From Naegleria gruberi (taxonomy: Eukaryota), in the NCBI GenBank assembly GCA_000004985.1, contig GG738868.1: a stretch of 64,000 bases of DNA. One strand, written 5' to 3'. This document shows, in pieces, positions 1 through 11,361 of the stretch (positions are counted from its first letter, which is position 1; each line of letters starts with the position of its first letter). Below the pieces are notes generated by a model. The model did no database searches, was not told where the DNA came from, and was given only the letters and a program-made list of their open reading frames with translations. The position numbers and the translations under genes are program-made.

Positions 1-1041
1 TTTGTGGCAGGGTGAATTCTCTTCTTTTTTCTTTCATGGAATGGTGTTATTTTTTCAATTAAATTTGCCAATTCAAGGGTGGTCTCAAAAGGTTTTACAT
101 TATTTCTATAATCTACGATAGCTTTAGCAATACGATATGCCTTGTCATCCTCTCCAAATTTTGTAATCATTATTCTCAAATCGAGTTCACTCATATTATT
201 CACTACATCTCTAGCTGTTGGACATTCATCATCCAATGGGTTCATTCTCATATCTTGAATTAAGGTTTTAGTTAGAATCAACATATCAAAACATACCAAG
301 TGGACCTTCTCTAAGGAAGGAGAAACCTCGATGCCCTTGATCCAATTGCATTGAAGAAACTCCCAAATCAAACACTATTCCATCAATCACATTACTTGTA
401 TCTGATTTTAATTGTGGCACTATTTTTTCCTGAACCACTTTCTTAATTTCTCTAAAATTGACACAATGCACTTCCAATCTCTCCTTTCCAAATTCTTCAT
501 GTATCAACTTTTCATTCTCCTTAATGGTAGGATTATTGTAATAATCAGTATCAATTCCAATAACTTTACATCCTGGATAAGCTCTCAAAATCTCTCTCGT
601 GTATCCACCAGCTCCAAAAGTTGCATCAATGAATAGCTTTTTCCCTCCACTGCTACTACTACTTGCACTACGGTTAGTGATCATCTTTTTAGAATGCTTT
701 GATTTATCCAAATTCTTTCCCTCCAGAAGAGCACAACACTGCCTAACCAATACAGGCACATGGCTCTTATAATTAGAATCATCACTTTTATAATTTTCCA
801 AAATATTATTATTATTATTTGTATCATTATTAGTATTTCCATTAAATTCCAATGAGTCTTCGGAAGAATTTACTGATTTTATCTTCTTGTTCATTAACTT
901 CTTAGAATAGGAACAATAATTTACAGCAGGAGACTTTCGGATCATCATTAAAGAAAATGATGCCACCACCGAACAATAATAATTTAAAACTCCCTTCCTA
1001 GCACCCTCGCCACCAATCATCATCATCGTTGATGAAAACAT
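1..1041 (-). CDS. RsmH/MraW-family 16S rRNA (cytosine-N4) methyltransferase (mitochondrial METTL15-like); 3' part runs off the window start
   Basis: ORF 286..1041 carries HVPVL, FIDATFGAGGYT (SAM-binding glycine-rich loop), GIVFDLGVSSMQLD..RGFSF..GPL blocks typical of RsmH. The ORF stop is bypassed by a 43-nt intron (254..296 on minus; GTATGT..ctaac..AG) giving GPL|DMRMNPLDDECPTARDV.. in frame. Exons 1041..297 and 253..<1; the downstream exon reads open to nt 1. Confidence 0.75.
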
Positions 1042-1417
1042 TTTTTTAATTTGTATTATTTTCTCAAATTACTACTTATTAATTACTTGAATAATTCCAC
1101 AAATTCATTCTTTCCATTGTTCTCTTGTTTGTCTACCACAGCCATTGACAATTCTTAATAGGATATTTGAAGAAGTACTTCTTAGACAAAGAAAGACCTT
1201 TTGTTTATATGAAAGCAAAAACATCCAACCAGCTCCGTGAAGTTGTTGGCCTTCAACAATCTCATTTGGTACCCATCCAAATGTAAAATGGTTTCTGTTT
1301 CTACTTTGACACAACCACCTTCATGTGCTCAAAAGACCTTTCAACTGTCAGCAAAGAAGAAAAAAATTAACGACACATCTTATTACCTCGGACAACAACA
1401 ATAGCACATCAATAAGA

Positions 1418-3284
1418 ATGCCAACATTTGTTCGTCGTCTGGTCAGTAAAAACAAGAAGAGACTCCAGGAGGATAATTTTGATCTCGATCTTAGTGAGTA
1501 TTATTATTCATATATTCGAATAATGGATTATTTTAACTGTTTTTGTTGTTATTGATGAATAATATTAATATTCAGCCTATATTACCGATAATGTTATTGC
1601 TATGGTATGTGATCAATTGGTTCTTTTTCTAATTTTCATTTCTTTTCGATTGTTCTAAACCTTTCGAATGTGTTGTCAATCAATCGTTAATATTTTTGAA
1701 CTTTGAATTATAATCATCTCTTTACTGCTTGCTAATAACAATTATTCATCATGATGTTTGATTTTACTTTCTCAACATTATTCTCATCACAAAATAATAC
1801 ATCATATTCGAAACCTTTCAAATAGGGTTTTCCAAGTGAAGGAGTAGAATCAATCTATAGAAATCCACGTGATGAAGTTGTTGATTTTCTCTCTACAAAA
1901 CACGGAAACAAATATAAGGTTTATAATTTGTGTTCCGAAAGAGATTACAATGATGAAATATTCGAAGGGAGAGTGGGTATGTATAATATTGTGAAATTCA
2001 ATGTTTTTTGATCTTTTTTAGCTCGTTTCCCATTTGATGATCACCAATCTCCATTATTTGATTCGGTTTTGGAATTTTGTGTCGATGTTCATGAATTTTT
2101 GAAGGATGGAAAGAATAATGCTGCTGTTGTTCACTGTAAGGCAGGAAAGGGAAGGTATGTAACTGTTTCTATTATATCTTGGAGAGTTCTAAATAACTTG
2201 TGTGTTCGTGATTACTATGTGGACTTGGTATCTGATACATATTTGTGGTGTGGTGGAATATTAATCTGAATTTTTTGATATCATGAACAATAGAACTGGA
2301 GTAATGATTTGTTGTTATTTATTATTCAGTCAAACTTGTAAGACAGCTCTTGATTCTTTGCATTTCTATGGTGATAAGAGAACTAAGGATGCAAAAGGTG
2401 TGACTATTCCATCTCAGAGAAGATATTGCTACTATTTTGAACAATATTTGAGAAATCAATTTGCATTGAGAGGATCTGTTAAATTACATCGTGTTACATT
2501 GAGAGAATACACAAAATCCAAGTATTACATTACAATTAAGAATTTAAAGAGAGAGGAAGTTTTCAGTTCAAAACAAGATCAAAATGTAACTTCAAGTGAT
2601 GATAGAGTTGTTATTGATCTTAAGGAACCAATTGAATTAACTGGTGATTTCAAGGTTGTTTGTGTAAAGAATGGAGTGAATGTATTGAAATCTAATAATT
2701 TGTTACACTGTTGGTTGAATACAAGATTTATTACAAACTTGGTCAAGAATACAAGTCCTGGAAATGGTATGGGTGTAAATGCTTATCATAATTCCCTCGA
2801 TGAAAAGATTCCACTCGTGAAAGCTATCAGTTTGGGATTACATGCCAAGGCAGAAGAAAAAATTGCACCAGAAAATGATGAACGACTTAAGAATGGTAAA
2901 TTTGTAACAGTTTCATTGACAAAGGATGAATTGGATGGACCACATTCTGACAAAAACCACAAAACATTCTCTGAAGATTTCCAAGTTGACTTGACTTTTG
3001 AAATTTGTAACACTGATAAGGTTGAAGATGATTCCTACTTGCTAGGATTAATACCAAAAGAGTTCTTAACAGACCAATCAAAGAGACTTTCAGTTGGTGC
3101 CTCAACAAGAAGACAATCAGCAGTAACCAGAGGTTTAATCATTGACAGTCATGATGATGATTCTGTCGATATTATTGATGAAACTGCAACTACACCTCCA
3201 AGCACTTCATCCTCAGTGGTTGTGTCTAATGAGCAACAAACTCAAAATGAATCACAACAGCAACAGGGCACACTTTTCCAATAA
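1418..3284 (+). CDS. PTEN: PTEN-like phosphatidylinositol-3,4,5-trisphosphate 3-phosphatase (phosphatase + C2 domain), 5 exons
   Basis: Hand-spliced exons 1418..1493, 1576..1604, 1826..1976, 2022..2154, 2294..3284 with GT..AG boundaries and consistent phases. They give MPTFVRRLVSKNKKRLQEDNFDLDLTYITDNVIAMGFPSEGVESIYRNPRDEVVDFLSTKHGNKYKVYNLCSERDYNDEIFEGRVARFPFDDHQSPLFDSVLEFCVDVHEFLKDGKNNAAVVHCKAGKGRTGVMICCYLL..IPSQRRYCYYF. This is colinear with human PTEN, including the catalytic HCKAGKGRTG P-loop. ORF-track pieces 1325..1555, 2069..2269 and 2283..3284 are exons of this gene. Confidence 0.85.
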
Positions 3285-3466
3285 TCATCTTCCTCCTCTT
3301 CTGTTTATCAAACAACACACTTATTTTTTGTAAAGTACTTGAAATTTTGTTTGCCAATGTCTGGTAGAACAAAATGGCGCCATTTTGACCAACAATTTAA
3401 AATATTTTCGTTTTAAAAAAATAAAAAAAAAACGAACGGCTTTGCTCGTCTCATCCACACAACAAA

Positions 3467-5283
3467 ATGCCCAAAGAACCATCACATAGTCTAGTAGTAT
3501 CGGATGCCAAGTTAAACGAGCTATTAAACGATACGGTGTTTGTGGGTTCTGATCGTGAAGCTCAAAAGAATAGAATCAAGAATGGAGGTAGGTTCTTTCT
3601 ATTAGTATTTTCGGAAAATATAATCAACTTGTTTTAAAAGATTTTAATTACTTTAAAGTGGACCAACTTAAAGCAATGATCAAGTTTTTGAGAACAGAAT
3701 GTAATCGTTACGATTTATCACTTCAAGGAAAAAAAGCCAACCTTGTAGATAAACTAAAGGATGCCTTCTTCAATTCTTCACCTTCGGGGGGTAGTGGTAG
3801 CAGTGGCTCTGGATCATCATCTGGATCTTCTAAACAAACAGCCAAAAGGACGTCATTCACCACAATATCCAATGCTATCAAATTACAATCAGCCACTGAT
3901 GAAGAACAGAGACTTTTAAGAGAATTTAATTTGGACAAAACATTGAAAGGAAGAATAGATCCGCACCAACAGGTAGAGCAATACTTGTATGTCAAAGTTT
4001 TCCATCAGGGGTTAGCATCATTCTCATTTGATTTGGATTTATCTGAAGAGGAATTTCAAAAGTTGACGTCACAAAATTATCAAATTAATATCCACTATTT
4101 TACTCACGATATGGTACCTAGAAACTGGAATAATGAACACCCAATTTTCTTTAATGGACACAAGTTGGATAACCCTGCCTTGAACAGAAAAATAGCTAAA
4201 GGAATGAAAAAGGAAGTACTGATTGTGTCTACTCCTTTTGTTATTAAAGGAGAGTACGCAAAAGTAGGTGTAAATCGAGTAGACATCAAGGCTGGCCCTT
4301 ATAGTACTATGGATGGAAGACTAGTTGTAAATTTTTTGAAAATGCAAAAGAGTGAGGAGTTGGTTCAATCAATAGTATCTAAATCAACTGTAAAACATAA
4401 CCTAGATTTGGACAATGAAAAAGTCTTGGATATTCTATTGGAAAACAAGATAAAGTATGTACCAGTAACATCAACAAATGAGTCAATAATAACCTTTGAT
4501 GACACCAGTTCAAAGACAATAACACCAATAACAGAGCAAGAGAAAAAGAGTATTGAGACACTGTTAAAAATTGTGGGAACAGAGACACCAATAAGCAAGC
4601 ACGACGATATGATTGATGAATTGGAAGGATGTGATGAAATAGTACCACTCAAAGACCCTCTTTCACTTTGCAGAATAGAGCTTCCAGCAAAAGGAAAATT
4701 TTGTGTGCACAAATCTTGTTTTGATTTGGTTGGATATTTGGATTTTGGAGCGAGTTCGAAAACTTATAATTGCCCAAGATGTGATAAGCCTCTTCCTTTC
4801 GATCAGCTTATTATTGATCCTTTAATGCAAAAAATATTGTCGAGTGTCAGTCAAGATGTGGACAAAGTTCTTGTGAGGCATGATGGTAGTTTTACAGTTT
4901 GTGACGATGCTCCAAAGAAGAAAATTGCAACACCAGCTAAACCACCAATAATAGCTGACATTATTGATGATGATGATGAAGATGATGTCATTCCTCATAG
5001 CGCTTCTCCACCATTCATGATTAGTACTCCTCCACCTCCAAATTCTATATTGGCAACAAATACAGCCTCAACTCCTCAAACTCTTTATCCACCTGTTTCT
5101 CTTGCTGATCTTTCCAGGTTTTTCTCTCCTTCCCTTACCCCTACAAGCAACTCACGTCCAAGTTTAACACCAAGTACACCAACACTCCAAAAAGGTACTC
5201 CTACTACTACTAGCAACCCATCTTCAAACACGAATGTCAATAGTTATGGTCTATCTGTTGATGATGCTATAGAGATTGATTAG
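3467..5283 (+). CDS. PIAS/Siz-type SUMO E3 ligase (SAP + PINIT-like + SP-RING/MIZ zinc finger)
   Basis: Exon 2 ORF (3658..5283) has an N-terminal SAP-like helix-loop-helix (LKAMIKFLRTECNRYDLSLQGKKANLVDKL) and an SP-RING (LSLCRIELPAKGKFCVHKSCFDLVGYLDFGASSKTYNCPRCDKPLPFDQLIIDPLMQKIL). It ends in an S/T/P-rich acidic tail. A probable 40-codon first exon 3467..3587 (MPKEPSHSLVVSDAKLNELLND..KNRIKNG) joins through a GTAGGT..AAAG intron (3588..3658) in phase. The first exon is less certain than the rest. Confidence 0.7.
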
Positions 5284-5972
5284 AGGAATTTTATCATTAT
5301 TGAACTGTTTAAATATTGGTAGTGATAATAGTAATTCCAAAATATGATTCCCTTAAACGAAGGATTGGATCCTTATTAATGGTACCATTACTAGTCGATT
5401 AAAAAAACTTCACAGGTTTGAATAATAATATGGATTATCCATCTTATTTCCTTATTCAATAACGTAATCCACTTGTCAAAATAGTTGTACAGCTTTCATA
5501 AAGTTTTTTGCCCGCTAAATGTGCTCACCCAATGAAAAGCTTTGATGAACAGTCATGGACAACCAATTCTTTCCAACGATTAATAATCCCTCAATCTTTC
5601 AATTTGATCGAACCAATATTCAACTAATAATAACATTGTACACGTAAGCAATATTATCAGAAAGTGAGCGTATTAATCATAATTGTCCTCATCCTCTTAC
5701 AGGGTCAAAAGTCAATAATCAACAACCAACACATTCCACTACCATTAAATGTAAAACAAAGTTATTATGAAATTAAACTATCAATGAATTACCAAACCAC
5801 CAAATTCTGTTGAGATTTTGCTCCACGCTCTCCTTTGTTGGGTGCCTCCCAGGTTTGCAAGATCAATTTCATCACCCAAACAAATAACACCAACGAAAAA
5901 AATACAACACGATTATTGTGTAAATTTTTGATTACCACCCATTCTATCATCACACACAAACCGAAAAATTCA

Positions 5973-7148
5973 ATGTCCTCTCCAGCCGAATACACTCCAA
6001 CTGAATCTGAAAAGAAGTTCTTGGAGGATCAAACCGATGTTGAAACATACAAAACACAAGAAGGAACTTATAGCGATGATCCAGAGGATGAATACTTGAA
6101 AGTTAAGGACAGGGATGATTCCTACAATTTGATTTATGAATTTTTAAAACAATTAACTCCTCAAACTGAGTTGTGGAGAATTTCCGTTCCAACCTACATT
6201 TTGCAACCACTCTCTCTTCTTGAGAAAATTTCTCACTACTCTTCTCCTAATAATACTATTGAAAAGATTAATGAAGAAGAATCAGCTGAAAAGAGATTTA
6301 TTTCTATTTTGGCTTGGGTTATCAGTAATTGGAGAACCATCCCAAGAGCCGGTATGCAACAAAGTAAGCCATTCAATCCAGTTTTGGGTGAAATTTTCAA
6401 GTGTGAATGGAATCACGGTGCTGCAGATGATAATACCAAGTTCTTGGGAGAACAAGTTTCTCACCATCCACCTGTTTCTGCATTCTGTTGTCACAATGAA
6501 AAGCGTCAATTCACATATACTGGTTATGTTTTCCCAGTTACTTCATTCTCATGGAACTCTGTAACAACCTTGATGGACGGTGAATTCAAGATTGATCTTG
6601 GTAAATTCAATGAAGAATATATTGTTAACCATCCTCCAGTCAGTGTTAGTAACGTTTTGTGGGGAAATACTGTTATTGAAATTTATGATTATCTCAAAAT
6701 TAAATGTCCACAAAGCGGATTCTATGCTGATATCTACTTTGATTACGGAAAGGATAACTACTTGAGTGGATACATTTATGATGCTGAAGGATACAAGAAG
6801 CATTGGATTGAAGGAAAGGTTAATCAATCTGTTCAAATTCAAAATTACTCAACAAGTGAAAAGTCAACCTTGTATGATGTTGCTACATTGACTCGTCCAA
6901 CTAAGATTATTAAGCCTGTTGCTGAACAAGAACCAAGAGAATCAAGAAGAAATTGGCACAAGGCAGTTCATGCTTTGAAGAATGAAAAATTCGAAGATGC
7001 TCAACTTGAAAAGCACATTGTTGAAGAAAGAGAAAGAGCTTTCAGAAAGGAAAGAGCTGAAGCTGGTTTAACTTGGACACCAAAATATTTCAAATTGGAA
7101 GGTGAAAAGAAATGGGTTATCAAGGATAAGAATGTATTGACACAATAA
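5973..7148 (+). CDS. Oxysterol-binding protein (OSBP/ORP, short Osh4-like form)
   Basis: OSBP fingerprint EQVSHHPPVSAF plus surrounding conserved blocks (PFNPVLGEIFKC, HPPVS..LWG). First ATG at 5973 (MSSPAEYTPTE). The ORF-track start at 5835 is an upstream alternative start codon in the same frame. Confidence 0.8.
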   Translation: MSSPAEYTPTESEKKFLEDQTDVETYKTQEGTYSDDPEDEYLKVKDRDDSYNLIYEFLKQLTPQTELWRISVPTYILQPLSLLEKISHYSSPNNTIEKINEEESAEKRFISILAWVISNWRTIPRAGMQQSKPFNPVLGEIFKCEWNHGAADDNTKFLGEQVSHHPPVSAFCCHNEKRQFTYTGYVFPVTSFSWNSVTTLMDGEFKIDLGKFNEEYIVNHPPVSVSNVLWGNTVIEIYDYLKIKCPQSGFYADIYFDYGKDNYLSGYIYDAEGYKKHWIEGKVNQSVQIQNYSTSEKSTLYDVATLTRPTKIIKPVAEQEPRESRRNWHKAVHALKNEKFEDAQLEKHIVEERERAFRKERAEAGLTWTPKYFKLEGEKKWVIKDKNVLTQ

Positions 7149-7244
7149 TTTTATCAATGCAAATTGTACAAATAATTTGTATCACATTTTCAAAATGTAA
7201 AATAGTAATTATAATTTACAGAAATAAATATAATTCGTTGTGAA

Positions 7245-7883
7245 TTATTTAATAGAAGCAAGTTGATCTCTAATCTTTGATAGACCTTTAAGCATTGTAG
7301 ATAAAGTTTCCTTATCCATTTCAAAATTAACTTGTTCAGTCTTTGGCATGACACCAACAACTTTGGATGGATTTTGTACATTCAATTGGATAACAACACT
7401 TGGAGCAGACATTTTTTGGATTACATTTGATGCAGTGCTCAGATCTACTCTCCATTTCATATCTACTAATTTTGGTAAACCAATTTGTGTATTAATTGCT
7501 TGTTCCTTCCAAACATCATAAAATTTGAGAATTGTTCCTGCAACTAATTTCTTTAAATTATCGTGTGATGTGAATGAAGTATCATTATCTGTAAATAATT
7601 CTGATGTCAAAATTGCTTCAGGAGTATTTAATTGATGATATACACAATATTGAATAACATGAAGAACTGTGGATAATAATTCCTCAATCACATCATGATA
7701 ATTAACTTGTTGATTTTGCTGTAATTGTTCCGCAACCGATTCCACAAAATCAGAATTAAATCCGTCAAATCTAGTTTGATAAACTCTAACAAAAACCTGT
7801 TCCACAAAAACCTTTGATGGAGCTTGCAATAATAATAACAATGGTGTGAGTTTGATGGTTCTTGTATTGTTGAAATGTCTCAT
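7245..7883 (-). CDS. COMM domain-containing protein
   Basis: C-terminal ~70 aa (LVDMKWRVDLSTASNVIQKMSAPSVVIQLNVQ..EQVNFEMDKETLSTMLKGLSKIRDQL) fits the COMM domain pattern (WRVD..S..then hydrophobic beta strands and a leucine-rich tail). The N-terminal helical part is unassigned. Confidence 0.5.
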   Translation of the reverse strand: MRHFNNTRTIKLTPLLLLLQAPSKVFVEQVFVRVYQTRFDGFNSDFVESVAEQLQQNQQVNYHDVIEELLSTVLHVIQYCVYHQLNTPEAILTSELFTDNDTSFTSHDNLKKLVAGTILKFYDVWKEQAINTQIGLPKLVDMKWRVDLSTASNVIQKMSAPSVVIQLNVQNPSKVVGVMPKTEQVNFEMDKETLSTMLKGLSKIRDQLASIK

Positions 7884-8192
7884 TTTTTTAATAAAGATTT
7901 TTTCGGATCAAGAAATATTTATTTATTAATTAATTTCTAGTAGAAATTGAGTTAATCTTTTTAATATTGGCCAATTGAATTAGTCAAATATTTTCAAACA
8001 TTTATTACAAACATAATTGAGAATTATCAATTTGATAATAAATTAATATTTGATAATCAATTATGTAAAAGTATTCTTAATAAATTAATTTATTTTCTAA
8101 TCACAATTTACATTTCTCTTTTGATAACATCTTCTTCAAAATCTATCAAAAATACAGTATAATCCTTGTTTTCAGTCATGGCAACTCTTACT

Positions 8193-8960
8193 TCAGCTCT
8201 CTAATTGATCCACACCACAATTGATAAGAATTGAAATATTGAAATGAGTACTTACAAAATCAGCTGCATTCAAAGCCCCTTTAATGATACCTGCACTGAA
8301 ATAGGCACATTGCACATTCATATCTCTTGGTGGAGAAATGAATTTAGTTTCTAATGGTTCCTTCTCATAGATCATGTCTGTAATTATTAAATAATATTAA
8401 ACTATTAAAATAATCCAAAATATTCAACACCTACATCTTGTAATAATCTTATTTTCTCCTGGAATAGCAGCAGCTTTTTCAATTGTTGTAACAATTCTTC
8501 CAAAAAGACATTTCCACATTGTATTTCCAATAAATCCCAACATGTTTGGTACTTTAATTTCTCTCTTTGAATTTTTATCTCTCAAAACACATAATTCAAG
8601 TAATCTTTGTCCGATCGGCATTCCTAATTGTAATAATCTTCATCAATACACAAAATCATTAAATTTTTAAATTCCAATCATCCCCTCACTATCAACCTAC
8701 TTTTCATGCAATTCATTTACATCATTTACTCTTGATTGGCAATATTGTACAACTTCCGCAAACAGGAAAGAAAAGGCAGGCTCGCTCACCTCCTTTTTCT
8801 GTCTAATTAAATTTTGATCAAGAATATTTGGAGCATAATCTTTCTGTGGATAGGTTGGTGAATTTACAGTTGGTGAATTAACGATCGGGCTATTGGCAGG
8901 AAATGATTGTGTTGCCGTCCCGAAATTTGTTGTTGGTGTTTGACTATTCGATGGTAACAT
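8193..8960 (-). CDS. TRAPPC5: TRAPP complex subunit 5 (Trs31/TRAPPC5), 3 exons
   Basis: Exons 8960..8701, 8637..8435, 8377..8193. The two introns (8638..8700 and 8378..8434, both GTAGGT..AG) restore colinearity with human TRAPPC5: EVSEPAFSFLFAEVVQYCQSRVNDVNELHEK|LLQLGMPIGQRLLELCVL..REIKVPNMLGFIGNTMWKCLFGR..|YMIYEKEPLETKFIS..CAYFSAGIIKGAL. ORF-track pieces 8697..8960, 8424..8621 and 8193..8375 are the exons. Confidence 0.75.
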
Positions 8961-9371
8961 TTTTTTTTAAAATTAAAAAAAAATTTGAAAAATTAGAAAT
9001 TTTGAAATATAATATAATAAATAATTATTGTAGAGACATCTATTTTGAGAATGGAATTTGATTCAGTGCAAGATAATGCATCTATGGAGCTGCATTCTTA
9101 TTAACAGAGATACAAATTGGACAATATTCAAAGAGAAATGGCTTTTCGAAAAGAATGCTACTAAGGACTGGCAACTCTTTCCTTATGAAATCTTTTTTTC
9201 TCATTCTCAACCACCTAATATCAACCCAAACCATCAAACGTTACGAATCATCCATTCAAAAAAACAAATTTATCCACACACACAAATTCAAATCAAAAAA
9301 AACCGCTACATTTTTACGCTTTCTTTTGATGCATTTTTGTGTTCGACTTGTTGCTCCGTAAATCAACCAAC

Positions 9372-9392
9372 ACACACACACATATACACAGG
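9372..9392. repeat. (CA)n-rich microsatellite in the 5' region of the PX-SH3 gene
   Basis: The repeat cacacacacacatatacaca lies immediately upstream of the ATG at 9393. Confidence 0.6.
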
Positions 9393-10606
9393 ATGAAGAT
9401 TACCATCACCCGATATTCAATCTCAAAGAAGGAGAATGAGAATGATAAGCAATATGTGGTAGGTTTTTATATTTTTCCAATGGAATCCGATGATGATGAC
9501 GATTTGTTGTGGTATTTGTTGATTTTTTAGTTGTATCATATTACTGTAAATTATGATGGAGTTATTTGGGAAATTGCGAGAAGGTATTCCGAATTTGAAA
9601 AGTTATATATTGCCTTGTCGAAAGTGATTAATACTAAAAAGTTTGGCAAATTTCCAAAGAAGGTGAGTTGCAGAGGAGTTTAATTGGAATTTCTGATAAT
9701 TGTCATGTTTAGTATTTGACTGGAAATATGAAACAGGATAAGATTTTGGAACGTCAGAATGATTTGCAAAATTATTTGGATAATTTATTGAGTGAACCTC
9801 TTGTTCCTAATTTGCAGGAAGTTTTGGAATTCTTTGAGGTCAATAAGCATTGGGAAGAAATTAAGAATTTTGCAGCTCTTGCCTCTACTTCTAGTAGTTC
9901 AAATATTGCCCCACCTGTGGTTTATAACATTGATAATAATAATAATTTGAAAATCACAATTGACCATAATTTAGAACATTTAGTTTATAATGTTATTGAT
10001 TCACCAACTGTTGCTTATCAAGAAACCGATTTTGATGAAGCTCCTCCAGTTGTTGTTGGTCAACCATCGAGACAGAGTGTTGAATCGAGACCATCTACTG
10101 AAAAATCAGAATCATCCCTTCAGGAATTTAACACACAATCTCTATTTGTAGCCATTCGTGATCACAATCCAAAAGATGAAACTGAATTGTCTTTCAAAGC
10201 GGGAGATGTCATTGAAGTGATTCAGAGAGGATCTTGTTCTTGTTCGGAACAAGATTGTTACTGGTATGGAAGAAATACAAGTGAAACAGGTTCACAACAA
10301 GGGTTCTTTGATGCCAGATGTTTGGATTTGGGCACTTTTAAACCAAAAGCATTCTCTGTTTTAATGACTGATGCTTACAATTCTGATGAGTCGATACAAA
10401 TTGATGGAACAATCAAGGTTATTGAAATTGACTATGAAGCTGAACGTGAGGATGAAATTAGTGTAAGAAGAGGACAAACTGTTAAAATCCTTCCAACTTC
10501 AAGACAAACTAGAAAGGGATGGAAATTAGTTGAGATTCTCTCTGAATCATGTCAAAGAGTTTCTGAAACTGGCTTCATTCCAACAGAATATTTAATGATT
10601 CTTTAA
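9393..10606 (+). CDS. PX domain + two SH3 domains protein (Bem1/p40phox-like architecture), 3 exons
   Basis: Exons 9393..9458, 9531..9662, 9713..10606 (donors GTAGGT and GTGAGT, both phase 0). The PX domain is split over exons 1-3 (YHITVNYDGVIWEIARRYSEFEKLYIALSK..KFPKK|YLTGNMKQDKILERQNDLQNYLDNLL). Two SH3 domains follow (LFVAIRDHNPKDETELSFKAGDVIEVI..GFF and IKVIEIDYEAEREDEISVRRGQTVKIL..GFIPTEYL). Confidence 0.75.
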
Positions 10607-11361
10607 TTTATTTCGAGTTAAAAAGACAACAATTTTGAAAATGTAGTTATAAAAATCCTTAACAATTTAATTTAATATTAAAAGTGAGACAAGTAATCTG
10701 AACTACTCAAATATATTGTCTTGTAAGTCAACTTAGAACTTTAACATCAAAATTACAGAAATTAATAATTGTCAACAATATACTGTTAAGGTATAGGTAT
10801 TAATTGCTAATATTTTTTAATGGCAATTTGTTATTCTACACTACAGTAAACTATTATTGTCAACTGTACATGCAAATATGCAAGTATTATATTTGATTAC
10901 ATTCAATCTCAAGATTCTCCATGCAATATTACTGAAAAAGTAACTTCATCAACTATTTTACATACTTACTCTTTTAGAAAAGTTACGCTTGCATCTACCA
11001 TATGTTATCCCTCACTTCCATTTTACTTTTTTATGTTTCATTTTGAAAGTTACCGAAACTTGTTGCATGACCCAACACAATACCGAATGGTAAATCCAAA
11101 TCTCATTCAAACACTCTCCAGTCATTAACACAATCCTCTTCTTACGGGGGTGGTCATTTTCCATTATTCGAAGCTTGACCACAAACAGTGTTTAACTTCA
11201 ATAATTAGTCAATCCACCCGCCCTCAACTACCGTCATTACAACAGCATTGACTTTCCTTAAATAAAAATATTTGACCATGTCAAGACACATCAATATTTT
11301 GTAACTCTTTAAAAACCCACTCAACCGAACACTAAACATTTTCACATCAAGAAAAAAAAAC

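Noticed and set aside
2069-2269. ORF-track entry 2069..2269 as an independent small gene
   Set aside because: It is exon 4 of the PTEN gene (contains HCKAGKGR). The same applies to 8424..8621, 8193..8375, 40900..41388, 41463..42122, 46774..47079 and 47046..47246, which are exons of TRAPPC5, POC1 and CHMP1.
4365-4712. Antisense or alternative-frame ORFs of 60-115 aa inside larger genes (e.g. 3723..3995, 4365..4712, 6220..6564, 6549..6842, 16173..16739, 38306..38629, 40530..40865, 44882..45178, 48482..48763, 51123..51464, 53642..53923, 54759..55085)
   Set aside because: They overlap well-supported conserved coding regions on the other strand or frame, have biased low-complexity composition typical of AT-rich antisense frames, and carry no recognisable motifs.
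5430-5620. Possible C/D-box snoRNA in the PIAS-OSBP spacer (TGATGA box near 5536)
   Set aside because: No convincing D box (CTGA) with a terminal stem at the expected spacing, and the C-box-like hexamer alone is too common in AT-rich sequence.
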